The notes: generated from the sequence alone by a model not told the origin. A DNA stretch of 64,000 bases from Gammaproteobacteria bacterium (GCA_002706685.1 PALV01000017.1:189105-253104); one strand, 5' to 3'; counted from the first letter of the stretch, positions 26,817 to 37,333 are shown. Program-made: numbers and translations.

Positions 26817-27811
26817 TGTTCGTTGAACTGATAGCTCAACGCCTGGTGTTTTACCAGATCCTGAAGCAGCGCCAGTGCTATGGCCATGCCTCCCTCGACA
26901 ACGCTGTTGTGTTGCCCAGGTTGCGACGCCGTGCTGTCAGCGCCCCGACTGGACAATAGTGGTGGACGATGGACCGGCTGGCTGGCTAGGAACAGATTGT
27001 CGCGAATCTCCTGTAATTCGCGAATGCAGTCGGCACCTTCTGGGATGTCCCCCAGAATAGCGCGCAGTCGCGATCCCAACCGGTTCTGCAGACCTGACGG
27101 ACGGCAGGCCAGCAGGGTTTCGAGCAGATAGGCGACCAGCATGGCAGTCCGGGCGCTGTATTCCTGTCGCTGCTGGGCGACTTTCAGGAAGGTGAACAGC
27201 GCTTTGTTGATGTCTTTTAATGCCGTGTGGGTGCTGCTGGATTCGGTCTGGTCAAGCCAGGTCCAGACCTGACTGAAAGGCAGTGAATCTAGTGCCGGCC
27301 ATTCATTCATGGCTGCAGCCTGATATGCGCCATGCAAAAGATGCGAGTCGAAGGTTTGCGCCTCGTAGTGTGCGGATCCATCACCGGTAAACCAGGTCCC
27401 AACCAGCTGAATGGATCCCGGTACGCTGATGTTGGCAGCCAGCACCAGTTGCTGGAAAAACACACTGGCCACGCCGTATGCGTCCGCCTCCGGCATACTG
27501 TTCCTGGTGCTTATTGTGACCTGCAGATCGGCGCCTGATGGCGGTTTATCTTCTGTCCCCAGTGCCTGCCGATACTTGTCAAAACTGTCGCTTTGACGCA
27601 GTGCCTGTTCCATCAGCTCAACCATCGATGCAGCGTCAAATGTCACCTGATAGTCTTGTTCATTGTCTGTGGTGTCGCCACTGGCGCGAAACGGCCTGTC
27701 GCGAAAGAAGGCTGCGATATCCTGCCATAAGCCGAGTATATCCTGGCTATGTGCCTGATTGCCGTGAGGTAATGCATTGGAGATATGGAGATTTATGGTT
27801 ACAGATGTCAT
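26801..27811 (-). CDS. Hypothetical protein with a HEPN-like C-terminal region
   Basis: Open frame; C-terminal LLETLL...RLGSRLRAILG...IRELQEIRDNL pattern. Similarity judged by eye only; start set at MTSVT. Confidence 0.55.
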   Translation of the reverse strand: MTSVTINLHISNALPHGNQAHSQDILGLWQDIAAFFRDRPFRASGDTTDNEQDYQVTFDAASMVELMEQALRQSDSFDKYRQALGTEDKPPSGADLQVTISTRNSMPEADAYGVASVFFQQLVLAANISVPGSIQLVGTWFTGDGSAHYEAQTFDSHLLHGAYQAAAMNEWPALDSLPFSQVWTWLDQTESSSTHTALKDINKALFTFLKVAQQRQEYSARTAMLVAYLLETLLACRPSGLQNRLGSRLRAILGDIPEGADCIRELQEIRDNLFLASQPVHRPPLLSSRGADSTASQPGQHNSVVEGGMAIALALLQDLVKHQALSYQFNEQWSRK

Positions 27812-27900
27812 GATCGGAATCACCTTGAATACATGAAACAAATGAAACGCAGAGTTGTTCTCTGGACTTTCTCACTCTATCACGCTGAAAAGCGGAGGCC

Positions 27901-29286
27901 ATGATGAAGATCAAGTGGGTTAAACATAGCCTGGCACTGGCAGGTGCATTATTGTTAAGTGGCACGGTCAGCGCACAAAGTGCGCTTGAATCGCAGGCTG
28001 TCCAATGGCTGCAGGAATTTGTAAGGATCGACACGATAAACCCGCCAGGCAATGAATACCGTGCGGTAGATTTTTACGCGCAGATTTTTGAGGCTGAGGG
28101 TATCGAATATGAGACCGCCGAGAGCGCTCCCGGAAGGGGCAATATCTGGGCGCGCATACCAGGCGGTGACGAACCTGGTCTGATCCTTCTGCAACATACC
28201 GATGTTGTACCGGCAGATCGTGAATTCTGGTCTTTTGACCCGCTGTCAGGCGATATCAGTGATGGCTACATTTATGGTCGCGGCACCCGTGACATGAAAG
28301 GCCTGGGTATTGCCCACCTGGTCGCATTCCTGGAGCTTCACCGATCCGGCCTGCCGCTGAACCGCGATGTCATTTTCCTGGCGACTGCCGATGAAGAGGC
28401 CGGTGGAGAATTCGGTGTCGGCTGGCTGATAGACAATCACCCTGAGATTTTTGAAGGGGTCGGCATCCTGCTGAATGAGGGCGGCGGTGGATCGCGCATC
28501 GAAGACGATGTCACTTTTGGCGTGGAAGTCACGCAAAAGGTTCCTGTGTGGTTGCGCCTGACGGCCATCGATGAACCAGGCCACGGCTCGTCTCCCAGAG
28601 TTACCAGTTCGGTTACCCGAATCGTGCAGGCCCTGAATACACTGATGGAAAATCCATTCCCGCCGCGGGTGATCCCGCCGGTGCAGGAATATTTTGCGGG
28701 ACTGTCGGTGAACATGACATCCGAGTGGCGCGCGGCCTACGCGAATCTCGCATCGGCAATCAATGATCCTGACTTCATGCAGCGCCTGCATGCTGAGCGT
28801 CCCGGCCATCATGCACTGACACGGGACACGTGTTCCATGACCCGTTTCGAAGGTTCCAACAAAATAAACGTGGTACCACCGACCGCCTGGGCTGAGCTGG
28901 ATTGCCGTATCCTGCCAGACAAACCTGCGGCACAGTTTGTCAGCGAACTGGAGGCACTGGTGGCAGAAAGTGGCGTGGAAGTTGAGGTCATCATGGCATT
29001 CACACCCGCCATCTCCACAACAAATTCGCGGCTGTATCGCGCGATTGAAAGTGTCACAGGAGAGTTGCACCCAGGCTCGCGTGTGCTGCCTTCAGTCAGC
29101 ACCGGATTTACCGACAGTCACTTTACGCGTGACCTGGGGATCATCAGCTACGGATTTAATCCGATGATCACTGACCAGGGCGAACATACCGGTGTGCATG
29201 GCAACGATGAACGCGTGCCGGAAGCGGTGTTCCGGCGCGGTGTCAGCGACTTCCATGCAGTGATTCGTAACGTCGTATACGACTGA
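27901..29286 (+). CDS. Exported M20/M25/M40 family metallopeptidase
   Basis: Signal peptide, LLQHTDVVPA, YGRGTRDMKG, ADEEAGG, GFTDSH, HGNDERV. Confidence 0.9.
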   Translation: MMKIKWVKHSLALAGALLLSGTVSAQSALESQAVQWLQEFVRIDTINPPGNEYRAVDFYAQIFEAEGIEYETAESAPGRGNIWARIPGGDEPGLILLQHTDVVPADREFWSFDPLSGDISDGYIYGRGTRDMKGLGIAHLVAFLELHRSGLPLNRDVIFLATADEEAGGEFGVGWLIDNHPEIFEGVGILLNEGGGGSRIEDDVTFGVEVTQKVPVWLRLTAIDEPGHGSSPRVTSSVTRIVQALNTLMENPFPPRVIPPVQEYFAGLSVNMTSEWRAAYANLASAINDPDFMQRLHAERPGHHALTRDTCSMTRFEGSNKINVVPPTAWAELDCRILPDKPAAQFVSELEALVAESGVEVEVIMAFTPAISTTNSRLYRAIESVTGELHPGSRVLPSVSTGFTDSHFTRDLGIISYGFNPMITDQGEHTGVHGNDERVPEAVFRRGVSDFHAVIRNVVYD

Positions 29287-29303
29287 TTACGTCCGGCGGC
29301 TGT

Positions 29304-29339
29304 GTAACTGACTGGCTAAGAGATCTGGTCAGTCAGTTA
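29304..29339. terminator. Hairpin between convergent peptidase genes
   Basis: TAACTGACTG...CAGTCAGTTA 10-bp perfect inverted repeat. Confidence 0.5.
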
Positions 29340-29340
29340 T

Positions 29341-30735
29341 TCAGAATGCGCCGGCAGGACCCGGAAATACAACAGGGCTCTGCACGCCAGTCTCCGACAC
29401 ACTGGAGACGCCAAAGAAGTAGTTGTCGATGACAATATTCTCCAGTGTAAACTCCGAGACATCACCAACCAGGCGCGAATAGGTCCATTGCGGTTCGGTC
29501 GTCAGTCGCCAGTGAACACGATACTGGGCTGCGCCAGGAACTTTAGTCCAGCTGAGCGTCGTATCCGGACTCACCTGACCACTGATGCTTACATCTGCAG
29601 GAGGAGCCGGTGCCCAGGCCATGGCTGCCAGGGTAACAGCGTTAAGCGCGGTCAGTTTGGCTGCATAGTCAAAGTCCACATGCTCCAGAACATCGCCATA
29701 GGCGATGCCATTTTCAACACGAATATCCTGATGCTGCCAATGGTAATGTTCATTGGTTTCCATGATGCGGACAGCCGGGAAGCCGACTTCATTAAACGGG
29801 CGGTGATGCCCGCCACGACCGAACCTGTCCAGTCGGTAAATCATCATGACATCAAGATTGGGGATGTAAAGGTCAGCCATCAGGTCGATGTAACGGGCCA
29901 GATTGCGTGAAGCAGAATCGACCTCACCACCCTGGAATCGTCGCTGGCGGGCCTCGTCTTCAGTTTCAACGTAGCGGGTGCCTTCTGAAAACACGCGCGC
30001 TGTTGTGTTGTTGACTACACCATTGATGCCCTGGCTGTTGCCAATCATGTCATTGTTGATGACAGCCTGTATGTCCCAGCCCTGCTCAAGGGCGTATTCT
30101 GCAAGAATGGCGCCGCCATTGAGTCCCTGTTCTTCACCTGATAGTCCGGTGTAGATGATCGATCCGGGGAACTCATACTGCGTCAGCACCCGGGCTGCTT
30201 CGAGCGTTCCTGCCAGCCCCGATGCGTTATCATTTGCACCCGGGGCATCGTCGGTGTAATTCATGATGTCGGAGATACGACTGTCGATATCACCACTCAT
30301 CATGACAAAACGGTTGGTATCACGAGTACCGCGCTGAATCGCCACAACATTGACGACTTCTACTGGATCCGGGACCCGTGCAGTGCCAGATACCACATCA
30401 CTCACGTAAAACACCTCAAGGCAGCCGCCACAGGCTTCTGAAATGCTGTCGAACTCCGCTTTCAGCCAACGGCGGGCGGCGCCTATTCCGCGGGTATCTG
30501 AGTCAGTTTCCGACAATGTATGACGCGTACCGAATCCGGCCAGAGTCGTGATGTCACGTTCAATTCTCTCCGCAGAGGGACTGACTGCGATTTGATGCAG
30601 GGCCGCATCATCGGCAGATGCCAGGGAAGGCAATACTGCGAGTGGTGCTGCCAGCATTAGATATGCAGAGCCATGCAGGGTGGGGCGTGATGCTGAAAAA
30701 CGAGAGATCACCTGACGGATACAGTTTGTTTTCAT
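29341..30735 (-). CDS. Exported M28 family metallopeptidase
   Basis: GFGTRHTLS, SGDIDSR, APGANDNASG, SGEEQGLNG, NNDMIG, RGGHHRPF. Confidence 0.9.
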   Translation of the reverse strand: MKTNCIRQVISRFSASRPTLHGSAYLMLAAPLAVLPSLASADDAALHQIAVSPSAERIERDITTLAGFGTRHTLSETDSDTRGIGAARRWLKAEFDSISEACGGCLEVFYVSDVVSGTARVPDPVEVVNVVAIQRGTRDTNRFVMMSGDIDSRISDIMNYTDDAPGANDNASGLAGTLEAARVLTQYEFPGSIIYTGLSGEEQGLNGGAILAEYALEQGWDIQAVINNDMIGNSQGINGVVNNTTARVFSEGTRYVETEDEARQRRFQGGEVDSASRNLARYIDLMADLYIPNLDVMMIYRLDRFGRGGHHRPFNEVGFPAVRIMETNEHYHWQHQDIRVENGIAYGDVLEHVDFDYAAKLTALNAVTLAAMAWAPAPPADVSISGQVSPDTTLSWTKVPGAAQYRVHWRLTTEPQWTYSRLVGDVSEFTLENIVIDNYFFGVSSVSETGVQSPVVFPGPAGAF

Positions 30736-30769
30736 TGAATCACCTTTGGGTCATTTACTCTTGCCGATT

Positions 30770-32224
30770 TCAGGCGGCGGCCATATGCTCGGATTCGGGT
30801 TCGGTTTTTACGATACGAATCCTGAACCAGGCAAACGCCAGCGTCATTAATGGGCTGATCAGACAGAACAGTGCCCACGGAGCATAGGACAGGGTCGCAA
30901 CCCCGAGTACGCCAGCATGATAGGCACCGCAGGTATTCCAGGGCACCAGAACAGATGTCACAGTGCCGGTATCTTCCAGTGTTCTGCTGAGGTTTTGCGG
31001 AGCCAGGTTAGCTTTCTGATAGGCTTGCGTGAACATTCGTCCTGGCACGACAATGGAAAGGTACTGATCCGATGCCGATACGTTGGTGACCATACAGGTT
31101 GCACCTGTCGCCGTTACCAGTCCTGCTGCCGACTTGACGCGACTGATAAGCGCATTGGTGATTCTGGCCAGAAAGCCGGAGGCTTCCATCGCGCCACCAA
31201 AAATCATCGCGGAGAGAATCAGCCAGATGGTGTAAAGCATGCCCGCCATACCACCGGTGCTGAGCAGATCATCCAGAATGGCATTGCCAGTGGGTATCGC
31301 AGTGTCGCCATAAATAGCCTGCATCAGCGTCTGGTAAGTACCACCTGTGGCGGCAGACAGTTCAGCGAGCAATGGCTGTTGAAACACGAAGGCACAGATC
31401 AGACCTGCCAGGACACCCATAAACAGGGCTGGCAGTGCGGCGACTTTCTTGATGATCAGAAATATGACACCTGCAGGAACCAGCAGCAATAGCGGGTTGA
31501 GGGTGAATTTCTCGCTGATTAATTGCTGGTAAATGGCTGTGTTACTGGTGTCGGCCGCTTCGCCGCCGGCAAACCAGCCCACCACAAGGTAGATCAGCAA
31601 GGTAAGCAGTATCGAGGGAAATGCCGTCAGCGCCAGGTAGCGTATGTGAGTAAACAAGTCGACGCCGGCAACCCCGGACGCCAGGTTGGTAGTGTCAGAC
31701 AGTGGCGACATTTTGTCGCCGAAATACGCACCAGAGATCAGCGCACCGGCTACCAGGCCTGGATTGATACCCATGGCGTGCCCGATGCTCATCAGTGCCA
31801 CACCCAGCGTGGCTGATGTAGACCAGGAACTGCCAATCACAACAGCGGCCAACGCGGTCAGCAGACAGGCACTGGCGATAAAAAACGAAGGGTTGAAGAT
31901 CTCCAGGCCATAATAAATCATCGCTGGCACGATGCCACTGACAAGCCAGCTGCCGGTCAGCGCACCCACCATCAACAGAATCAGGATGGCCAGCGTAGCG
32001 GCCTTGATATTGTCAATGATGAAGTCCTGGATTCGCTGCCAGGACGTGCCCTGTACAAGGCCGAGGGCGGCGGCCAGGGCGGCAGCGGCAATCAGGGCTG
32101 CCTGGTTGGCTCCGCTCAGTGAGTCGTCGCCATAAACAGCCACGTTGTAACCAAGCAGGGTGAACAGCAACAGTAATGGGAGTACGCAAACCATCAGGGA
32201 GGGGGGCGTTTGCTGGGAAGTCAT
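30770..32224 (-). CDS. nhaC: NhaC family Na+/H+ antiporter or amino-acid transporter
   Basis: GSSWSTSATLG, SGAYFGDKMSPLSDTTNLA, SRTLEDTGT, LVPWNTCG. Confidence 0.88.
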   Translation of the reverse strand: MTSQQTPPSLMVCVLPLLLLFTLLGYNVAVYGDDSLSGANQAALIAAAALAAALGLVQGTSWQRIQDFIIDNIKAATLAILILLMVGALTGSWLVSGIVPAMIYYGLEIFNPSFFIASACLLTALAAVVIGSSWSTSATLGVALMSIGHAMGINPGLVAGALISGAYFGDKMSPLSDTTNLASGVAGVDLFTHIRYLALTAFPSILLTLLIYLVVGWFAGGEAADTSNTAIYQQLISEKFTLNPLLLLVPAGVIFLIIKKVAALPALFMGVLAGLICAFVFQQPLLAELSAATGGTYQTLMQAIYGDTAIPTGNAILDDLLSTGGMAGMLYTIWLILSAMIFGGAMEASGFLARITNALISRVKSAAGLVTATGATCMVTNVSASDQYLSIVVPGRMFTQAYQKANLAPQNLSRTLEDTGTVTSVLVPWNTCGAYHAGVLGVATLSYAPWALFCLISPLMTLAFAWFRIRIVKTEPESEHMAAA

Positions 32225-32361
32225 CCGGAAAGTTACCGCCTGTTATTCGTTTTATCGTAAACAAACACTTTAACACCAGTTTCGCCTTGTGACGAGATGA
32301 ACGAATCATCTATGCTGACTTCGGTTTGCCAAGCTGGAAAACACAATTTGGGGGAAACAAA

Positions 32362-33543
32362 ATGATTTTGAAAAAACACGTCGCGGGGCACCTGTGGCTG
32401 GCAGGTGCGGCGCTGGGCGGTGTACTTGGAGTCTCAGCTGCACATGCCCAGTCGGGCGCCGAGGCCATTGATTATTCAAATTCGTCCAACTGGCTCTGCC
32501 GTCCGGACAACCCACGCGCCTGTGCAGTTGACATGAGTACAACCATCGTGGAAGCAGATGGCAATATTCATCTGGAGCCCTGGACCTCTGATCCACTGGC
32601 TCCGATAGACTGTTTCTACGTCTATCCGACCGTGTCCCAGGATGCCGGAGCCAACAGTGATATGGTTGCCGGGCCGGAGGAATACAACGTCGTGCGGAGT
32701 CAGTTCGCACGCCTTGGCTCGCAGTGCAGAACCTTCGCACCTCTGTATCGTCAGGTCACTTTGACGGCCCTGAGAGCCGGTATGTCTGGCGGCAGCGATA
32801 TGCGCCCGGATAGAAATCTGGGTTATAACGATGTACTGAACGCCTGGAACTACTACCTGGAGAACCATAACGACGGCCGTGGTGTAGTATTGATTGGCCA
32901 CTCGCAGGGCGCGGGTGTCCTGGCTCGTATGATCGCAGCGGAAATAGAAGGCACGCCAGTTCAGGAGCAGATCGTATCGGCGATGATTCTGGGCAGCAAT
33001 GTGCAGGTCCCCGAGGGCGAACTGGTAGGCGGTACTTTCAAGGAGCTGCCGCTGTGTGAGGCCGGAGATCAGATCGGTTGTGTGATTACCTATGCGTCGT
33101 TCCGCGAAGAAGTTCCGCCACCGGCAACGGCTCTTTTTGGCCGGGGTGGTCAGGGCACAGAAGCTGCCTGCACCAATCCTGCACAACTGGCCAAGGGCAG
33201 CAACGAGTTGCATGCTTACCTGAGCAACAATGCCGCCGAAGGTTTCTCATCAACCGGGCCGTCGCCCTGGATAGATGGTGGGGTAGCAATCCACACGCCG
33301 TTTGTCAGTGTTCCGGGTCTGTTGACTGGTGAATGTGTCAGCAATAATGGCTTTAACTACCTGCAGGTGACAGTCAATGCCGATCCTGATGACCCCAGAA
33401 CAGATGAAATATCAGGCGACGTGATGAATCCGGATGGCAGTGTGAACGCTGGTTGGGGACTTCACCTGATTGATGCCAACGTGGCCATGGGTGATCTTGA
33501 AACGATTGTTCACAAGCAGTCGCAGGCCTACCGACGGCCTTGA
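32362..33543 (+). CDS. DUF3089 family alpha/beta hydrolase (exported)
   Basis: IDCFYVYPTV, FAPLYRQVTL, LIGHSQGA nucleophile elbow, GLHLID; start set at MILKK. Confidence 0.85.
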   Translation: MILKKHVAGHLWLAGAALGGVLGVSAAHAQSGAEAIDYSNSSNWLCRPDNPRACAVDMSTTIVEADGNIHLEPWTSDPLAPIDCFYVYPTVSQDAGANSDMVAGPEEYNVVRSQFARLGSQCRTFAPLYRQVTLTALRAGMSGGSDMRPDRNLGYNDVLNAWNYYLENHNDGRGVVLIGHSQGAGVLARMIAAEIEGTPVQEQIVSAMILGSNVQVPEGELVGGTFKELPLCEAGDQIGCVITYASFREEVPPPATALFGRGGQGTEAACTNPAQLAKGSNELHAYLSNNAAEGFSSTGPSPWIDGGVAIHTPFVSVPGLLTGECVSNNGFNYLQVTVNADPDDPRTDEISGDVMNPDGSVNAGWGLHLIDANVAMGDLETIVHKQSQAYRRP

Positions 33544-33575
33544 TGAAACACTGACTGGGGCGCGTAATTACCCCC

Positions 33576-33624
33576 GGAAAGCAATCGGCCCGGGTCAGAC
33601 TCTGACCCGGGCCGATTGCTTTCC
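33576..33624. repeat. Perfect 23-bp inverted repeat between convergent genes (REP-like / bidirectional terminator)
   Basis: GGAAAGCAATCGGCCCGGGTCAG-ACT-CTGACCCGGGCCGATTGCTTTCC. Confidence 0.85.
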
Positions 33625-33639
33625 AGATACTGAATTTCT

Positions 33640-36048
33640 TTACAGAGTGCCGGGAAGTGAATCCATCTGCTCTGCGTCGACACGAGCCGCCGAGCGGGTA
33701 GCGTCGGCCGGGAATGCAGCAGCCATCGGGTTGCCCAGCAGCTCTGCCATGTCGACCAGAATGCGTCCGCTTTCCATCAGCAGTGGGTCATCTTCTTCGC
33801 GCTCTTCTTCAGACTCTTCCTCTTCAACAGCAGCGATTTCGTCTTCAGCTTCTGAATCTGACTCGAGGTCACGCCATTCTTCCAGAGGCAGTCCTTTCGC
33901 CTGCAGGCGCTGATTATTCGCTTCAAATTCTGCGCGGCGGTCAGCCTCGCGCTGCGACTTCAGTTCTTCACGCTGCAGCGGGATGGTTTTGCGCTGACGC
34001 ACGTCAATCATGCGCTGAACGGCGTCCTCCAGATAAACGAAGTCAGGATCTTCTGCCGCACGGGCTTCGTGTCTGGCCTGCAGCTCTGGCATGATGCCGC
34101 GCAGGTCATTATAGGAGCGATACTCCACAGGGCGGACGGTGTCCCAGGGCAGGGCGCCGTCGAGGTTGCTTTCACCCATGGTTTCGATGGCCTGATAGCG
34201 GTCCGGGAACTCGATATCCGGCAGTACGCCACGGTGTTGCGTGCTGGCACCGGAAATACGATAGAACTTGGATCGGGTGAGTTTCACCTGACCATAGTTC
34301 ATCGGAATGATTTCCTGCACGGTGCCTTTACCGAAGGTCTGGCCGCCGAGCACAACACCACGCTGGTAGTCCTGAATGGCGCCAGCAAAAATCTCTGACG
34401 CAGAAGCACTGGCGCGGTTCACCAGCACAGCCAGCGGACCGTCATAGACGATCTCCTGGTCTGCATCGCCATAGGAGCGGACAAAACCATTGCGCTGACC
34501 GGAGTAGCGAATCTGCACAGTCGGGCCAGATTCAATAAACAGGCCCACCAATTCATTGGCTTCATTCAAGGATCCACCGCCGTTGTAGCGCAGATCAACA
34601 ACCACGGCTTCGACATCGTCTTCTTTCAGTTCTTCGAGCAGAGCGCGCACATCGCGGGCAGAACTTCTGTAGTTCGGCAGCCCGGCTGCAGCCGCTTCGA
34701 AGTCAAAGTAGAACGAGGGCAGGGTGATCACGCCGACGCGGTAAATGTCGTCCTGAACCTCTACCTCAATAACTTCGCTTTTTGCGAATTGCTCTGAAAG
34801 CTCAACGGTATCGCGTACGATCACGATCTCGCGGGCTGCCGCTTCACTGGTGGCCGCCGCCGGAATGACATTCAGACGGATGGTTGTCCCTTCTTCACCA
34901 CGAATCTGGTCAACCACATCATCAAGACGCAGACCGATGACGTCCTGCATTTCACCTTCTTCACCCTGCGCGATACCGATAATGCGATCGCCAGCTTTCA
35001 GCTCTCCACCACGTTCAGCCGGGCCACCTTTGATCAGCTCGGCGACTTTGGTGTATTCATCTTCCGATGTCAGCTGCGCGCCGATACCCTGCAGTGATCC
35101 ACGCAGACCCATATTAAAAGTTTCTGAGTCTCGTGGAGAGAAGTAGCTGGTATGCGGATCCACGGTGCGTGCCACAGTAGCCAGGTAGGCCTGAAACACA
35201 TCACGGTCGTTGGTTTTGGCGACCTGATTCAGCTGGTTTCGATAACGTTTGCTGAGACGCTCCTCAATCAGATCGGGTTCCATGCCTGTCAGTGACAGAC
35301 TGAGTGCGCTGCTCTTGATACGCTGACGCCACAGCTCATCAAGCGATGCTGTGTCAGAGGCCCAGGCAGCGTCCTCACGGTCTATCTCAAGATACTCTTG
35401 AACACTGTAGTCCAGTGAACCCAGCTCGTTCTCTACAAAATTGACGGTCCACACCAGACGTTCGAGGACGCGCCGATGGTAAAGGTTGTAGATTTCGTAG
35501 GCTGGCTGCAGATCACCGTTCTTGAGGGAGTCATCAAGTGTGTCACGGTAGGCGTTGAGCTGCTGGATATCGCTGGCATCAAAGTACAGCTTCTGACCGT
35601 CCAGAGCTTCGATGTAGTGATCGTAAAGTTCAACGCTGAAGCCGTCGTCAAATACGACCGGCGAGTAATGCTTGGTTTCCAGTTCGCGCAGCAGTTCAAT
35701 GGCGGTGCGGCCATAAATGACAGCAGGCGCCATTTCCTGGTACAGCACGTCTACGTCCAGCGGAATGTTGTCCAGCGCTGACGGTTCAGGCGTCGCTACC
35801 TCCAACGGCGCCTCAACGGCAGCAGGTTGGGGCTCTGCCGCTGGCTGTGCCTCTTCCTGAGCCCAGGCGCCAGTGGCCATCAAGCCAATCAAAGCGCTGC
35901 TGAACACCAGGCGGACAGCCCGTGCGAGGTTAATGCGCTCAGAGCCGAACCAGCCGACACCTCCGGTGTCAGCACTGCGAACGGGTGTGGAGTCTCGATT
36001 CACTTGGCTCACTATGGTGTTAGTAGTACTCAACGTCATACCTCGCAA
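33640..36048 (-). CDS. prc: Tail-specific (carboxy-terminal processing) protease Prc/Tsp
   Basis: DPHTSYFSPR, PDZ (GIGAQL), DLRYNGGGSL, SASASEIFAGAIQDY, TFGKGTVQ, C-terminal DUF3340-like ALPWD. Confidence 0.93.
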   Translation of the reverse strand: MRGMTLSTTNTIVSQVNRDSTPVRSADTGGVGWFGSERINLARAVRLVFSSALIGLMATGAWAQEEAQPAAEPQPAAVEAPLEVATPEPSALDNIPLDVDVLYQEMAPAVIYGRTAIELLRELETKHYSPVVFDDGFSVELYDHYIEALDGQKLYFDASDIQQLNAYRDTLDDSLKNGDLQPAYEIYNLYHRRVLERLVWTVNFVENELGSLDYSVQEYLEIDREDAAWASDTASLDELWRQRIKSSALSLSLTGMEPDLIEERLSKRYRNQLNQVAKTNDRDVFQAYLATVARTVDPHTSYFSPRDSETFNMGLRGSLQGIGAQLTSEDEYTKVAELIKGGPAERGGELKAGDRIIGIAQGEEGEMQDVIGLRLDDVVDQIRGEEGTTIRLNVIPAAATSEAAAREIVIVRDTVELSEQFAKSEVIEVEVQDDIYRVGVITLPSFYFDFEAAAAGLPNYRSSARDVRALLEELKEDDVEAVVVDLRYNGGGSLNEANELVGLFIESGPTVQIRYSGQRNGFVRSYGDADQEIVYDGPLAVLVNRASASASEIFAGAIQDYQRGVVLGGQTFGKGTVQEIIPMNYGQVKLTRSKFYRISGASTQHRGVLPDIEFPDRYQAIETMGESNLDGALPWDTVRPVEYRSYNDLRGIMPELQARHEARAAEDPDFVYLEDAVQRMIDVRQRKTIPLQREELKSQREADRRAEFEANNQRLQAKGLPLEEWRDLESDSEAEDEIAAVEEEESEEEREEDDPLLMESGRILVDMAELLGNPMAAAFPADATRSAARVDAEQMDSLPGTL

Positions 36049-36121
36049 TACTGGAGCGGTTTGTTCATCCTTGATATTACGTTTAGCCGGGCGCTGTCAA
36101 GGTCGCCGCTGTGACTAAAAG

Positions 36122-37333
36122 TCACGGCTTCACCCGTTTGTGACGGGCTGATGCATGGCGCTCTGCGCGTTCGACATCAATATAGCGATCGGTGATCGCG
36201 CTCGATCCGTGTCCGGCGTCATCCCGGACATGTTCCCGGGGACGGTATTTAACATCCTCCGAGATGCCGGTATGTCGTAACCAGTGCACGGTTGCTTCGG
36301 CCAGTCGTTCTGCTTCTTCTACAGACCCTTCTTCGCGCAGCTTTGCTTCAGCGCGATCAAAACATTTTTGCACAATGCCGCGTATCTGACGGGTACTGGT
36401 GATGCCACCCTTGCCACGGGTCTTGTGAATAAGCGGCGTAGACTCGCCGGGCAGCGGCAGGGAGGACAGCCCGCGTGATTCGCGATATCGGCGCAGTGCA
36501 CGCAACATGTCATCACTGACAGAAACTTCCCTTTCCTTGTTGCCCTTGCCAACGGTCAGAAACCACCAGTTGCCCTCCAGGTCGCGTTGAAAGTGTCCCA
36601 TCTGCGGTATCCAGCGTTCGGTCTCGACCAGTTCCGATACCCTGAGATACATGGCAAACAGGGCGCTCATCACGAACAAGGTGCGTTCATGGACTTCCGG
36701 CTCCTGCTGTGCCATCTCTTCGGCACATTCGATCACCACATCCCACTGTATCTGGGATAAGCGACGAATCTTGTCCTGTCCCTGACGTTTGCGCAGAAAT
36801 TTGCCTTTCTGGCGAATACGGGCGACCGGGTTGGCCTTTAGGCGGTTTTCCTGCACCAGATAATTAAAAAAGCTGCTCAGCACCGAGAACTTGGCCTGCA
36901 GCGCTGATTGAGAAAGGGAGTAGGGCTGGTCTGGCGCAGTCTGATAGGGGCGCCAGTCAGGGTTGGCCACTCTTTGTCCCTGCCTGTCGATAAAGCGTGG
37001 CACCTGCTTCTGGCCTATCCAGGCATCCGGGGGCTGACGCGAGAACTCGACGTAGGATTCAAGATGCTCGCGCTGGATCTCAGGCAGTGACAGACCGGCA
37101 ACCAGCCACATCCATTGCAGAAAATGCTCCAACTCACGGCGATAGGCGGTAAAGGTGTCGGGACTGCCACGATAGCTGTATAGAAACTCGCTGGCGAAAC
37201 GGAAGTCATCTGCGGCGCTGTCGGGTAATGGTTTTTTGCAGGAAGCCAGGAGTTCCGGACTGAGCACTGGTGGTTCACGCCAGGGGTTGGGCATGCTGTC
37301 CAGCGTGTCAAACAAAGGGTGTGGTGATTTCAT
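36122..37333 (-). CDS. Standalone tyrosine recombinase (phage integrase family)
   Basis: Core-binding TFTAYRRELEHFLQW; intact catalytic set: LRVSEL (R), GKGNK (K), HWLRH (HxxR), DAGH (H), TDRY (Y). Confidence 0.93.
   Translation of the reverse strand: MKSPHPLFDTLDSMPNPWREPPVLSPELLASCKKPLPDSAADDFRFASEFLYSYRGSPDTFTAYRRELEHFLQWMWLVAGLSLPEIQREHLESYVEFSRQPPDAWIGQKQVPRFIDRQGQRVANPDWRPYQTAPDQPYSLSQSALQAKFSVLSSFFNYLVQENRLKANPVARIRQKGKFLRKRQGQDKIRRLSQIQWDVVIECAEEMAQQEPEVHERTLFVMSALFAMYLRVSELVETERWIPQMGHFQRDLEGNWWFLTVGKGNKEREVSVSDDMLRALRRYRESRGLSSLPLPGESTPLIHKTRGKGGITSTRQIRGIVQKCFDRAEAKLREEGSVEEAERLAEATVHWLRHTGISEDVKYRPREHVRDDAGHGSSAITDRYIDVERAERHASARHKRVKP

Noticed and set aside
25378-37333. Genomic island running from tRNA-Ser to the tyrosine recombinase
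   Set aside because: The recombinase is 11 kb from the tRNA, the only tRNA 3' duplicate is about 200 bp downstream, and the interval includes housekeeping prc.
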